Shown here one piece after another: positions 24,927 to 36,849 of a stretch of 64,000 nucleotides of DNA. A program made the translations under genes and the position numbers. Source of the stretch: Tubiluchus corallicola (taxonomy: Eukaryota; Animalia; Priapulida). The stretch is taken from the NCBI GenBank assembly GCA_030141605.1, contig JAQGDQ010000027.1:558001-622000 (forward strand). Direction: 5' to 3'. The first letter of the stretch is position 1; the number at the start of each line of letters is the position of its first letter. The notes beneath the pieces are model-generated. The model was not told where the DNA came from. It did no database searches and worked only from the letters and a program-made list of their open reading frames with translations.

Positions 24927-27900
24927 GTACAGCTCGCAATTTTGGCTATTCATTCGAAAGTGATTATTTTGTACGGAAGATGAACACAAAATACTGAAAA
25001 AAGAAATTTTGAGAAACATAATTTATTAATCTACTACTTAATTTACTACTTATTTACTACTGCATTGTTTATAGACTTGATCCAATATTAATAAAAATGT
25101 AAATGGGATGAACTTTAGATTAGCTGTCATAACCGGAAGTTTGCTGGTTCAAATTCAGACTACTGCTAGTAGTAGTACTACTAGAACTTCAAGAACTACT
25201 AGAACAATTTCAATATGTATATATTAAAATATATTCCAACTTTTCTTCACATCCTGTTTTTCAAGTTTGGTTTTATAATTCATTTATTTGTAGGCTTGTA
25301 CCATCAACATAATCTAGTTACGACAACAGTAACGCGGCTTCTATTGAAAGATGTGTAGGAATGCTTGTAGTATAGACATGTAGTATTTAGGCCTACAATT
25401 ACGAGAAGTTCTCATCGTTTTCCATTCGCAAAAACACCAGGACAACACTTCAAAAAATAATAATAATGCGTTTGGAAAGTTCAGGATACGTGTACGTGTT
25501 ATTAGGATGAGATGCTATGTTGAGTTAATAGCTCAAATGGTAGTGTGCAACATAGAAATCGCAAGTTTCTGGGTTGATGACCTTGCTTCTTCTCAGTTAA
25601 TTCCCTGTAGGGATATTTATTATGGTCTTTTTAATATAAATGACAGTTTTTTTGATTACGTGTAAGACCGGAACACAGTAAGAAGGGAATAATTGGAATC
25701 TTGAAGCAAGTGTCTAATAATGTGCAATATGTATGGCGTTAATCAATTTGATTTGTAGTGAAATATTTATAAATTTATCGACCTATTGTTATTACTAAAA
25801 CGTTTTTCAACATTTTTATGTATTTTGTGCAGGTGCCTTTTGTGTCTTGTAGAAACAATTTGGAACAAATCTATAGGAAAAGCTATTGATTATATATTTG
25901 CATTGTTGAACTAACAGTGCAATTTGTTTGTTATTACTACCATATTACGCCCACCCCATACAGCGGTTACCCTGAAACAAGCATATAAAGTATATTTCAC
26001 TAAAGGAAAACAACCCGGACGTTGTGGTTTTACTTATAATTACGGTTTAACTTAATAAACAACAAGCAACCCTATGTAGTTTACTAAACAATTCTAGAAT
26101 TGACTAAATCACAACTTTTACCCAGACATGTTTGATACTCCTGCAATGCGTATCACACATACAACACACATCATCACACATAAAAGTTAATGCGTTTACC
26201 ATTTCTGTTTTAGGAATTTTTAGGGATTTTTATCATTATAAACGGCTCAAGTAAAGAGTTTCACCTACATATCAGAGTCTGAGGACGACTGTTATTAATG
26301 TGAACAAATTTTAGGTGGGTACGCGATTTTAATATTTATTTATTTGCTTTATTTATTTCGTAAAAATGCAGCTCATATTTAGTTTATAGCTTATTCTAGA
26401 CACTTCAGTAAGAAGTCTAATAAAGTTTTTCACAACTAAAATTATGATTATCAACCATTTTCATCAAGTAGTTTAAAAATACACGAATGTCATGCAGTAA
26501 AATAATTTACATAATTTTAGCTGTTCAACACTATTGCAGAGTAGTTCATTATAAATTCTTCATTTAGCTTTTAAACTTTTTTAAATATGCGTTATTGTTT
26601 AAATTATTAATTAATCGCTTTATATTTTGCACGTTATATACCAGAATTTCATTCATAATTAGTGAATCTTTTAAGGATCTTTCACTTAGTGATCTTCCTA
26701 AGAATCTTCACAAGAATCCTTAGAATATCTAGTAATCACTAATGCGCTATAAGTTTATGAATATGACCTTTGAACGAGTCACAGCAAAGAGGTGGTAGCC
26801 ATTTGCTTTAATGTTCGTAATTTACCTGTGTGAGGAAACTTTACTCTACTTACACGGCGGCTTCTGCGTAATCCAGCTTTACCCACACAATGCTTCTTAG
26901 TGATGCATAAAGAAAATTTGTTATCAGCTTTTTCAAGAACATATGTAAGAGTAAGATTGCACATTCGTTTCCAAACCGTATCTAATTGATAATAAAAGTT
27001 AGAATAACCAAACGCTAAAATATACGTATACATACGTGTGTGTGCGTGTGTGTGTGAATGCACGCTTGAGTGTGTGCGTGCATGCGTGTTAGAAACTTCC
27101 AAGTATAACTTTACTGGCTGCCTCAACGACCTTGCACGTGTCTCCGACAGCTGCGTGATTATGTATTATTAATTTATGCCGCAAATGAGGTTTTGATTAC
27201 CTTGAGTAGTTAGTTAGTCCACAAGGTTCTGGGTTCGAACAGTGGTTGACTCACAAATTTTGAACGCCTCCTTCGAATAATTAACCTTCAGGATAACAGT
27301 TGGTTACGGCGCTCCAGAAAAAAACAAATATGTGGGGAGAAATATGGCGATATGTAAATGTGCTGATCAAATCATAATAAATTATGGTTGAGTGTTAAGT
27401 AATTTAGTAAGAGATTGTACCACAAAAACTGCTGTCAGTACGTGCCGTTACTTGCAGGTATAAGCAGGAACAACGCTGCATAAAATAATAATATGAAAAA
27501 CAAAGTTCCTCTGGTTGTTAGATCCTTTGAATAGCATTTTCTTTTGTCCAAACTTAACGTGAATTTCTGCATTATAACATCAAAAAACGACATAAAAGTT
27601 ATATCATATTTCTATAACCTACATTTTTCTAGCACATAACTTGGTTTTTGTATATTCCAATATACAACGGTATTCTTACTGCAATGGTTCTTATGAAACA
27701 TTTCGTACATGTAAACCGTCTGGTTTAGTCAATGTGGCTTATTGCACTTCAGTATTTAAAAATTCATTAAATTAGGCTTTAGACAAATCGTCTTCAGTGA
27801 GCAAACCGTCACAAACAAACGTTCAGCCTAGGACCGAACTGTCATGACTACGCAGTGTACGATCTTATTGGTGTTACGTTAATTATACACGCGACACTCG

Positions 27901-29786
27901 TATTTACGATTGTTACTACTAAACACTTTAGCACTTAATTCATTATTACATCAATTAATTATACAAAATCATGCAAAATACGCCTTGTTTATCATCTAAA
28001 CGGTTTTCTATTATGGTCGTGTAAGACTTATACTCGAAACACAAGAAATAATCATTTGAAAGCTTTGCTCTAAACTACAAACGACAGGAAACGGGCATAA
28101 AAATAAAATCATGAAAAAACGTGATGTACGAGTCGGATATAATTTCAGAAGACGAGCCATTATTTTCAAATCTTTAATTAAAGCTAAGTGCACATTTGTA
28201 ATTGTCCTTTAAAATTATGGCGTCGTTCGAGGAAGTGAGTGCCTAAATGTGATTCCATCTTATTCCAGTGTGTAAGAAAAACAGCTGACAGGCAGAAAAA
28301 CGAACACAGGCGTGAAAAATAAGGCAAAAAGAAAAGACACGTTTCAGTACTTCACTGTGAACTATCCTCACGTGTAAAAACACAATTTATTACTAAGTGT
28401 TATTTTTTGGATTTTGCAATATAGATAGCGCCGAGGTAGTATTACGGCCAAGTGTGGAAGTATAATGTCTAGCGATGCACAAATTATCACTAAAGCTCAA
28501 AATAATTAGACATTACAGTTACACACTTACCTGTAATCATACCTTAGCTCTATCTATATAAAAAATAAAACTCAGTGACAGTTTATGCTTTTCTCACGAA
28601 GATATATAGATATAATTCACTGTCGTGGGATCTTTTATTATCTGTATCAACTCTTATCATTGTGCATACAAACAAAGCTGAAAAACAAAAACAAAGCTGA
28701 CAGAAAATTATAATTAAAGTAGGGTCCAGCTTCCAAACGAAGTTGGCAGCAAAATTCCAAAAAAGTGCTTTGAACGTAATTTTAGTTAAGACGTTTACTG
28801 ATTTTGCAAAAAGTGAAAAAAATTATCAACCGACGTTGAAAGTCTTGCAAGTTATAATAGACGTAGGCCTACGATTTTATTTATTAGTGAGGAATTAAAT
28901 TTGATAGTCAAACTTAGAAGAAATTTTGGCCAAACACAAAATTAACAAAGGTGATAAAATGAAGTGTTAGATTTTCACGACAACTTTTGCGATATACCTG
29001 TTTACATAAAAGGTTTAATACTAGCAAAAGTTTAGCGAAAATAGTTTAGTGAACGCGTCTGGCTGTGTCAGTTTAGTTCTATAGGTCGGCGTAAATTTTC
29101 TTAAATGTCTTTCATGAATTCTCCGTCTTTACGAGTTTTGAATCTTTAGAGTGTAAACGTAATCTTGATCTATACTGAATAAGGTGAGAACTCAGGCTTG
29201 TAAAAGAGAAAAATTGTAAGAATTTAATATTCACGACACAAAAGGCTAAAACGCGTAGCATCTAACAGTTGAGCTTTTTCAAGCTTTTAGATCTACTGCC
29301 CGTGTACCCGTCCGTAACATTCATCCCTATATTAATAGCCAATTGTTCCAAGGATTGTAACCCGCTAAGCTCTCGTGTATCTTCTAATACGCGCAGGATT
29401 AGGGTAAAGCGGATTTTATAACAGGCAAAGGCTTTTTTTACATATATTACATCGTTTTACTGACTATACAATTGTTATAAATAATATATTCCACATCGAA
29501 GTTCCATTCTGTAAGAGAAATTTCGTAACGCATATAACACAGTGTAAGTTTATCAAAGTATGCAAAATGTACTAATAACATACTAAGTAATATACAATTG
29601 CAATGAATTAATCCACTGCAGACAGACAACGAACAGTCTTGCTGACTAATAATGCCTGCGAAAATAAATAATGCAATATTTCGACTCGAGCAGAGAAAAA
29701 AAAGTAAAAAAGAGCCATGATTATATTGTTAGGAACTTTAAAACACTTCATGAATTTCGCAGCAAACCGATTTCAAGTGGAGCAGC

Positions 29787-30163
29787 CAGGGGCGTATCAA
29801 CACTTTTCGACGCCCATGTATTGTGAATTTATGGTTGATAATGTAATGAGCAGATTGAGCAATTACTTGTGCTGTACTAGTTTCTACGTAGTCGTTATTA
29901 ATTACACGTATTTGCATAGCGTTTATGCTCAGGACGGCTGCGTAACTGCTTGTTGTGTAACACCTTGCCCCTGTTCGTTATGTGGCACTTATATAAAAGC
30001 TGCGTTCAGTAATTGCCGGTGTGTTATAAAATGCGCCCTTTACATAAATATGAAAGTATACACAATTTCCGAAGAGAATAAGAATTTTTTCTAAAATGTG
30101 ACGCCCTCAAACTTTGGCGCCTTAGGCTATAGCCTAATAAGCCTATTGGTTAATACGCCCCTG
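29787..30163. mobile_element. hAT-type MITE
   Basis: TIRs CAGGGGCGTATCAAC / GTTAATACGCCCCTG (14/15); 8-bp flanks ggagcagc / aaagcagc. Confidence 0.8.
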
Positions 30164-30984
30164 AAAGCAGCCTAGGTTCAACATCTTAGCTCGGGTGTAG
30201 TACTATGGTGCTGGCGAGTACGGTTTGATTTACTAGCAGATACAGGACATACGAAGAGTACATGGTTTTCGTTTTGGATATCAAGTTCTAGAATTCTCGA
30301 CCACCTTCCTGTCTCTGTTTTTAATCGTTGTGAAGGCAGTGAATGAATGAATGAATGAATGAATGAGTAAATCGTGAGCGAATGGATTTGGTAAATCGAC
30401 GAATCAATGAATGAATTGATGGACAAATGAATAAACTAATGTAGTAGAAGAAAGTAAAAGAAGTAGAAGAAAGGACTACAACCCTTTGAGAATAGTCCTA
30501 CAATACAGGCCTGACAATATTGCAAAGATTTTGTAGCAGTAAAAAGAGTTTGACGTTTTGTCCCGCGTCAAAGGAAGTAGGTGATGTTCAAAGGAAACTT
30601 CCTGCTATCATCCCATTTACTTTAAACGTATCACTTTCTGACAAGCTGTAATTGATTTACGTTCACAGCTTACAAAATGAAATGAATCCACTTTATTGCT
30701 TACTGGACGCAATCTCCTTTTAGTTCCATCATGACAAAAGATTTCTATTGTCTTTAGTCTCATGAAAGTCTAAACTAGTATTTGTTGTCTTACTGTTGTA
30801 TTGTTTGCAATCGTCGTTATTATTGTTGTTATCACAATGGTCGTTAGCATTGTCACTATCGTCATCATCGTTACCACCATCCTTCTCGTCCTCCTTTCCC
30901 CCTTTTTTGATTTTATTGTCGTTACTGTCGTAATCACATCGGCATCATCATCATCGTTATCGTCATGACTATCATTATCTATAT

Positions 30985-31199
30985 CTATGTCCATGTCCAT
31001 GTCCATGTCCATGTCTGTCTATGTCTATGTCTATGTCTATGTCTATGTCTATGTCTATGTCTATGTCTATGTCTATGTCTATGTCTATGTCTATGTCTAT
31101 GTCTATGTCTATGTCTATGTCTATGTCTATGTCTATGTCTATGTCTATGTCTATGTCTATGTCTATGTCTATGTCTATGTCTATGTCTATGTCTATGTC
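30985..31199. repeat. (CTATGT)n hexanucleotide microsatellite
   Basis: About 35 near-perfect units; source of the spurious MS/VY/CL ORFs. Confidence 0.97.
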
Positions 31200-31848
31200 A
31201 TGTGTTTGTTCATTTTAACCACTATTACACACAATTACATTACACACAAAAAACAAGATAGATTTAATCAACAGTGAAAGTCACGTTTACTAGACACAAA
31301 ATCACCTTACAAAAGAATTTTGTGGCTCGAGTATACAGAACAATTAACAATTAATTCATACAAATATTAAAAACTAGTTATCACAACAATGTTACATAAA
31401 GTAGAATTAATAACTCCTTATACAATTATATCTAGATTTTATTTAGACAATAACTGGTTTCCAGTCTGAAAGGCTTATTATCATGAAACAGTTCTTTTTT
31501 CCAATATGAAATATATTATTCCTATTTCGTTCCAATATGAAATATGTCGTTAAGCTTGCGTAATAATTTCGCTGAGTTGAACGTATTTTGGTTATGCCAT
31601 ACGTGGACGAATCCAAAAGAATCCAGTATACCACTGCTGCCCAACAATAGGTTCCATTGTTTATCATCGGAAGACATTCTTTATAGGCATAAAAAACCAC
31701 ACTTAGTTCGTTCTTTTCTAACACATGTAGCCACCAAAGGACATTGGCCTAATTGGGCTCTCATCGCGTTTTCTACCGTACGCGAGTGAACCCTAGATAC
31801 CGCCGACAAAAATTTAAGGTTAACGTTTTTGTTTAATTTTAATTTGTC

Positions 31849-31865
31849 TATCTCTCTCTGTGTCG

Positions 31866-31926
<61 letters not shown>
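31849..31926. repeat. (CT)n microsatellite
   Basis: Visible dinucleotide run about 220 bp upstream of the prepropeptide exon. Confidence 0.95.
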
Positions 31927-31930
<4 letters not shown>

Positions 31931-32146
31931 TTTCTTGCTTCCTCCAGCCATATTCTTATTTTTCTCTTCAAACATGAAACATAATTGATTGCAATAGTAA
32001 AGAGTGACACGGCAACGCAACAGCACACAGTTTGTAGGACAGTTTGCTCTTGTTATTAACATGTTTATTTCAATTTGTTTGCAATTAGGCAATTGTAATT
32101 GAATATTATAATGAAAAGATTAACGTTAGATGTTTTCCAGGGACAA

Positions 32147-33106
32147 ATGGAACACAAGCAGTTTTCTCTGTTGCCTATTCTGTTTTTGTCGATAACTGCA
32201 GTCATTAGCCTGCAACATGGTAAACCGGATGGTGTTCATAACAGTGTTCTTCGAACATATTTTAACACCAGAAATTCAGCAGAACAAGACAGCTCAAATT
32301 TAATCAGGCAACGTAAAGCCTCGTACAATCGTGGTTTTTTCAGCTGGCCAGTCTATTTCCGGATGATGCAAAGGCGCAGAAACAAGAAACCTCAACAGGA
32401 ATCAGTCTTACAAACCAGAGCGGTGGATACGGGGAGCGTGAGGTCGGCACCAAAAAGAATTAAGTTTATTCGATGGCCTCATTTGTTTTTGACCCACAGC
32501 TGGGTTCCAGGAAAACGTTCAGAATCCGAAGCCCTCGACCAACGTTTGCAAGATAGGAAAAAATTTTCCTCAAATATCGATGACAATCCGGAACAAAATG
32601 GTGTAGTATCAAGTGGAGAAAAGGAAACGCGAAATGTCCACTTCTCATCCAGTGATGGCAAATGGTACTGGCCGTTTTACTGGCCTAACTTCAAGCCTAT
32701 TAGTTGGTACAGCGCCCATAGCAGAAATCAGAAGCCAACAAAGAGTTCAAATCGATCAATGACGACAAAACAATATCAAATGAGCGTCCTAAACCACTGG
32801 CCTTTCCACGGATTTAGCAACCTCTTGGCTACAAGAAATTACAAATACGGCAAGCGAGAACTGGGCGAAGGAGAACTGGAAAACTTGATCGATCTAATGG
32901 CGTCTCGCAATCCTGTTTTACTGAGGTCAAGGAGTAAAACAGTTCAGAGGCCAATAGATGGAGAAAAAAGGTCTATCTTCTCGTATAGCTGGGGACCTAG
33001 TGGACTGTATTGGAAAAATCTTGAAAGCGCTCTTGAAGCATTAGCCAATGAGGAGCACGATGACGCTACATCTACAAAAGATATGGCGACAGATGATGCT
33101 GAATGA
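32147..33106 (+). CDS. Secreted prepropeptide (neuropeptide/hormone- or host-defence-peptide-like precursor) with five Trp/Pro-rich peptide cores, 319 aa, single coding exon
   Basis: Acceptor tgttttccag ends at 32140, 6 nt before the ATG at 32147. Hydrophobic signal peptide MEHKQFSLLPILFLSITAVIS; cleavage sites RK, RRR, KR, GKR, RKK, GKR, KR; acidic/polar spacers; uninterrupted 960-nt ORF with higher GC than its flanks; AATAAA at 33205-33210. Confidence 0.85.
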   Translation: MEHKQFSLLPILFLSITAVISLQHGKPDGVHNSVLRTYFNTRNSAEQDSSNLIRQRKASYNRGFFSWPVYFRMMQRRRNKKPQQESVLQTRAVDTGSVRSAPKRIKFIRWPHLFLTHSWVPGKRSESEALDQRLQDRKKFSSNIDDNPEQNGVVSSGEKETRNVHFSSSDGKWYWPFYWPNFKPISWYSAHSRNQKPTKSSNRSMTTKQYQMSVLNHWPFHGFSNLLATRNYKYGKRELGEGELENLIDLMASRNPVLLRSRSKTVQRPIDGEKRSIFSYSWGPSGLYWKNLESALEALANEEHDDATSTKDMATDDAE

Positions 33107-33204
33107 AAAAATGGTAACGAAAACGTTCTGTCAAGATATTTTTATGCTTAACAATTACGTGGCTGAGAAAAAATCGAGTAAAATGTTTGTTCATTACATT
33201 TACA

Positions 33205-33210
33205 AATAAA
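33205..33210 (+). terminator. Polyadenylation signal of the prepropeptide gene
   Basis: AATAAA about 100 nt after the TGA at 33104-33106. Confidence 0.5.
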
Positions 33211-33519
33211 ATTATCAGTAGACATGTTTATAGCCTATTACTGTTCCTACTGAAATAATTATTGTTTATCTAAACAAGACAATTTACTTATAAAATTTCT
33301 AATGACACAGTTTCATTTATTTCATTGTCGACTATACAAGTACGCTGAGTAGATGAGTTGCACACGCCGTACGAAAGAAACCACTTTTGCCAAGTAAATT
33401 GTCCCATTAATACACATAGACATAACAAACAAGCTATACCCAAACAGACTCTTGATAAATCCGGTTTAACAAACGTTAACTTGTTAACTTAATTTTTTAT
33501 GATAACACACAATTGATTT

Positions 33520-33812
33520 TATTCTAATCCAGTGTAGTTGTCCAGTCCAGCCCAGTCCTTCCGCTCCATTTCGGTCCATTCCACTCCTTTCCATTCTGTT
33601 CCATTGCAAACCAATCCAATTCAATCCGGCCCAGCCCATTCCAGGCTAACCCGGTCAACTTCAGTTCATACCAGCCAACCCAGCCCATTCCACCTCAATC
33701 CAGTTCAGCACAGTCCAGTCCAATCCAGCAAGCACAGTTAAGTTCAATCCAGTTCAGTTCAAGCCAGTCCAGTCCAGTCCAGTTAAATTCAATTCAATTC
33801 AATCCAATCCAA
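33520..33812. repeat. Degenerate pentanucleotide satellite (CCAGT/CCATT/TCAAT)n
   Basis: Visible 5-bp periodicity. Confidence 0.85.
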
Positions 33813-35389
33813 TGCGATCGAAGTAAAAAAGCTTTTAACATTAGTTTTGTAACAAATTAAGAATAGTATTCTGATTGAATGCACGCACATTCATGTTTAT
33901 GCAGCAACAGCGATTAAATGGTTCCTGTGACAATTGTTACCCAAAATGTCCGTTTTTGAGAAATTTGATTATTTCTATAGTATGCAAGCAAAGCTAAACA
34001 TACGAGTGGCGACCCTCCGACATTACACTGCCAACGCAACTGCCCTTATCAAGGGACCCGCGAAAAGCTTGCACACGAAAACGCCACCAAAAATTAGCTG
34101 CATACGTGTTACACCTTCCTTTAGCGACAAATTAAGACAAATTCGACACTGTAATTTCCAGTTCACATTTCCTCATTCATATGTTTCCTAATTAATATAA
34201 TATGATCAAATGAGTAGCGTAATTAGGAGTAACATGGCTAAACAGCATTAGGTTCGCGTAATAAATCATATAAATCCCAGTATAATTAACTAAAAAAATT
34301 GATTTTGATCATGTCAAAAGAGCCTATTTTGCGACGCGTTTTCACAGCAAGACATGTTTATGACAAATGACCTGTGAATAATTTATTGTTCTATTACTTA
34401 TTTTGTTAGGAGCATCCTGCAAAAGATGACAGTAATAAGATAGATTAATTCTAAAAATACTTCAAACAAAATTAACTTTATGTCTGAGGAGGTTAAGGAC
34501 AGTGTGTTTTAATAGCCCTGCATGTCTTTTAAAAACTTGAATGTAATGGCAACATAGTAAACATGTTTTGTTATTGTTGCGTTATTATCTGTTATTTAAC
34601 TGAAATATTAGTGTCATACGGGGATGTCAAATATATTTATTTATTCTCTAAAAGCATTTGCAAACATTAAAATCGCGGCACAATTGACTAATACGGTTTG
34701 GGCTATTGCACAGGTATAACATAGCAGATATAGATATTGCGCTATAGTCATCCAAGAATAGGCAGAGTAGAACACTTACGATGAACCACACTCTTTTTAA
34801 GAAACTTAATTTTATTTTTTATGACATACATATAATATTTCCAAACAATTACACGTAAGAAAAGCAGTAGAATTTTTCTGAGTTACTGCTAGAATGCTGG
34901 TAATAAAAAGTTAACATTTACTCTGCTTACAATTCGCTTTGCAAAAGAGTTTCATGCACATACAATATAGACAGCAAAAATATGGTTGTAAAACTTACAG
35001 TAATAATATGCATTTCTACATAATTTACATAATTTCTACATACTTTCACCAGTATAAAAATTCTTTGTATTTTCTCTGGCCTGTTACAAAGCAATAGTTT
35101 CAACTTTCCTTTATTTCCTTCCCTATTGGAAATAAGTTACTTCCAACTCTGTTGGTCTACAATTCAAGTCTGACAGTTCCACATTTGCTAACTCATTTGA
35201 AAACAAACTTAGATTACATAATCTGTTTTCTCCACATACTTGCGGAGTACTGAGACATTACGTTTTTCGTATATTTAAACCTGTGTGCAGGTATCTTATT
35301 TAACCTTATTATCTGTACACTTCTGTAACTTGCAAACCTCAACTATTGTTTTACACTCGCAGTTATGACATTTTAAAGAATGTTTATGT

Positions 35390-35856
35390 CAGTGGTTCTT
35401 AACCTGAGTGGTTCGGTGAGTCAGTCTCAGGGGTTCGGCTGAGGCATTCTTCTCACCAGGTCGCCAGGTCATTCAGGGTTGCCAGGTCACACAACGTAAT
35501 ATACTTTTCGCATTCACACAATACTTTTATGGCATTTTAAATGTTTCACCATAAGAAATTGAAGGATCCTGATGAATATTTATGGCAAATTCTACAATTT
35601 GTTGTTTAATTTGTGTCAAAAATGCAAATGCAATATATGGCACAACTTGGCCGTTCACACTACTCATATGTTCGTGAAGTCAAACGCTCAGCATGGCCAT
35701 CATTGGCTGCTCGCTTGGTCTTTATATCTGTGCTGCAGGGAACTTCGTGCGCTCAGTAGTCAATTGTTTTGTTGGTTTTGTTCAGTGATTTTAGGTGCAA
35801 CTGATGCATGATACATTTTGTGCACTAATAATATATATATTATTACATATATATTA

Positions 35857-35896
<40 letters not shown>

Positions 35897-35997
35897 GAAT
35901 TTGAAAAACATTTTATTTTTCCAACTATGAAGGGTTCGGTGAATGTATGTACGAAACTGGTGGGGTCCAGTACCTCCAACAAGGATAACAACCACTG
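35390..35997. mobile_element. Non-autonomous Buster/Charlie-type hAT element with internal (TG)n
   Basis: TIRs CAGTGGTTCTTAACCT / AGGATAACAACCACTG (14/16), subterminal ggttcgg repeats, 8-bp TSD gtttatgt / gtttacat with central TA. Confidence 0.88.
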
Positions 35998-36849
35998 GTT
36001 TACATATTTGCTGGTTTCTTTCCACGCAGTTGTCAATATCAACAATTCTTTTCCTGAGAAGATCATCATGGCCGCGGCTTGGGACTTTCAGGGTACATTT
36101 TACGATAATGTTCACGATAATGTCAAAACTAAGTAAACCGCAAATGAGCGCCGAATGTGTGCTTGCCTGTCGGATAAAATCTGCTTCTATAGCAACTTTC
36201 ATCGCATCTTTGCATTTGGGTAACAAGGCAATACTTACTTATTATGGTTCGATATCTACCTCGTTACCAAGGATAATTTTTCATGATGAAATATTGAGCC
36301 AGAGAAGGTATCTTACCCGATGTAAGCATCAGCATCTTGAAAATATATGGTGTTGTATTTGTAAGTGTAGCATTCTAAATCAAGTATGCATGATAAATAT
36401 TGTATTTATTTTTTCCATCCACACAAGATTTCTGCAACTGACATTTATTTAGCAGTAAGACAGAGGCATCAAAACGTATTCAAACGTAGTTTTATTGTAA
36501 TAGAAACAACATATGGCTTGAACAGACAGTTATGTGTAATTGATTAACATTCTCGCCAATGAAACGTAACGCTTAGAAGAGTGTAGACGATAACTACAGC
36601 GATAGAAGCATTACATTTTACATCTTGGCAGTAATAATTACATTACTACTAGCAGTACAGATGCATACATAATGTTGAAAATAACATCAGTGTTACTATA
36701 TAAACTAAAACAATGGTTAGAAGTGCTTAGTAAGAAATATAAAATTTTGTACAAGCATAAATACGTGAATATTAGCAGGACCTGGTGTGTGAAAATGTTG
36801 ATTAACGTGAAGAAGCAGAAAAACGAGTTCATTTGTTGACAGATTATAA

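Noticed and set aside
30965-31277. ORFs of poly-MS, poly-VY and poly-CL
   Set aside because: Translations of a (CTATGT)n microsatellite.
32099-32146. N-terminal extension of the 335-aa ORF
   Set aside because: It overlaps an intron-like pyrimidine tract and AG; the Met at 32147 gives a proper signal peptide.
32480-32520. GnRH assignment from HSWVPGKR / NHWPF
   Set aside because: Lacks the pQHWS decapeptide frame and the PG-GKR ending.
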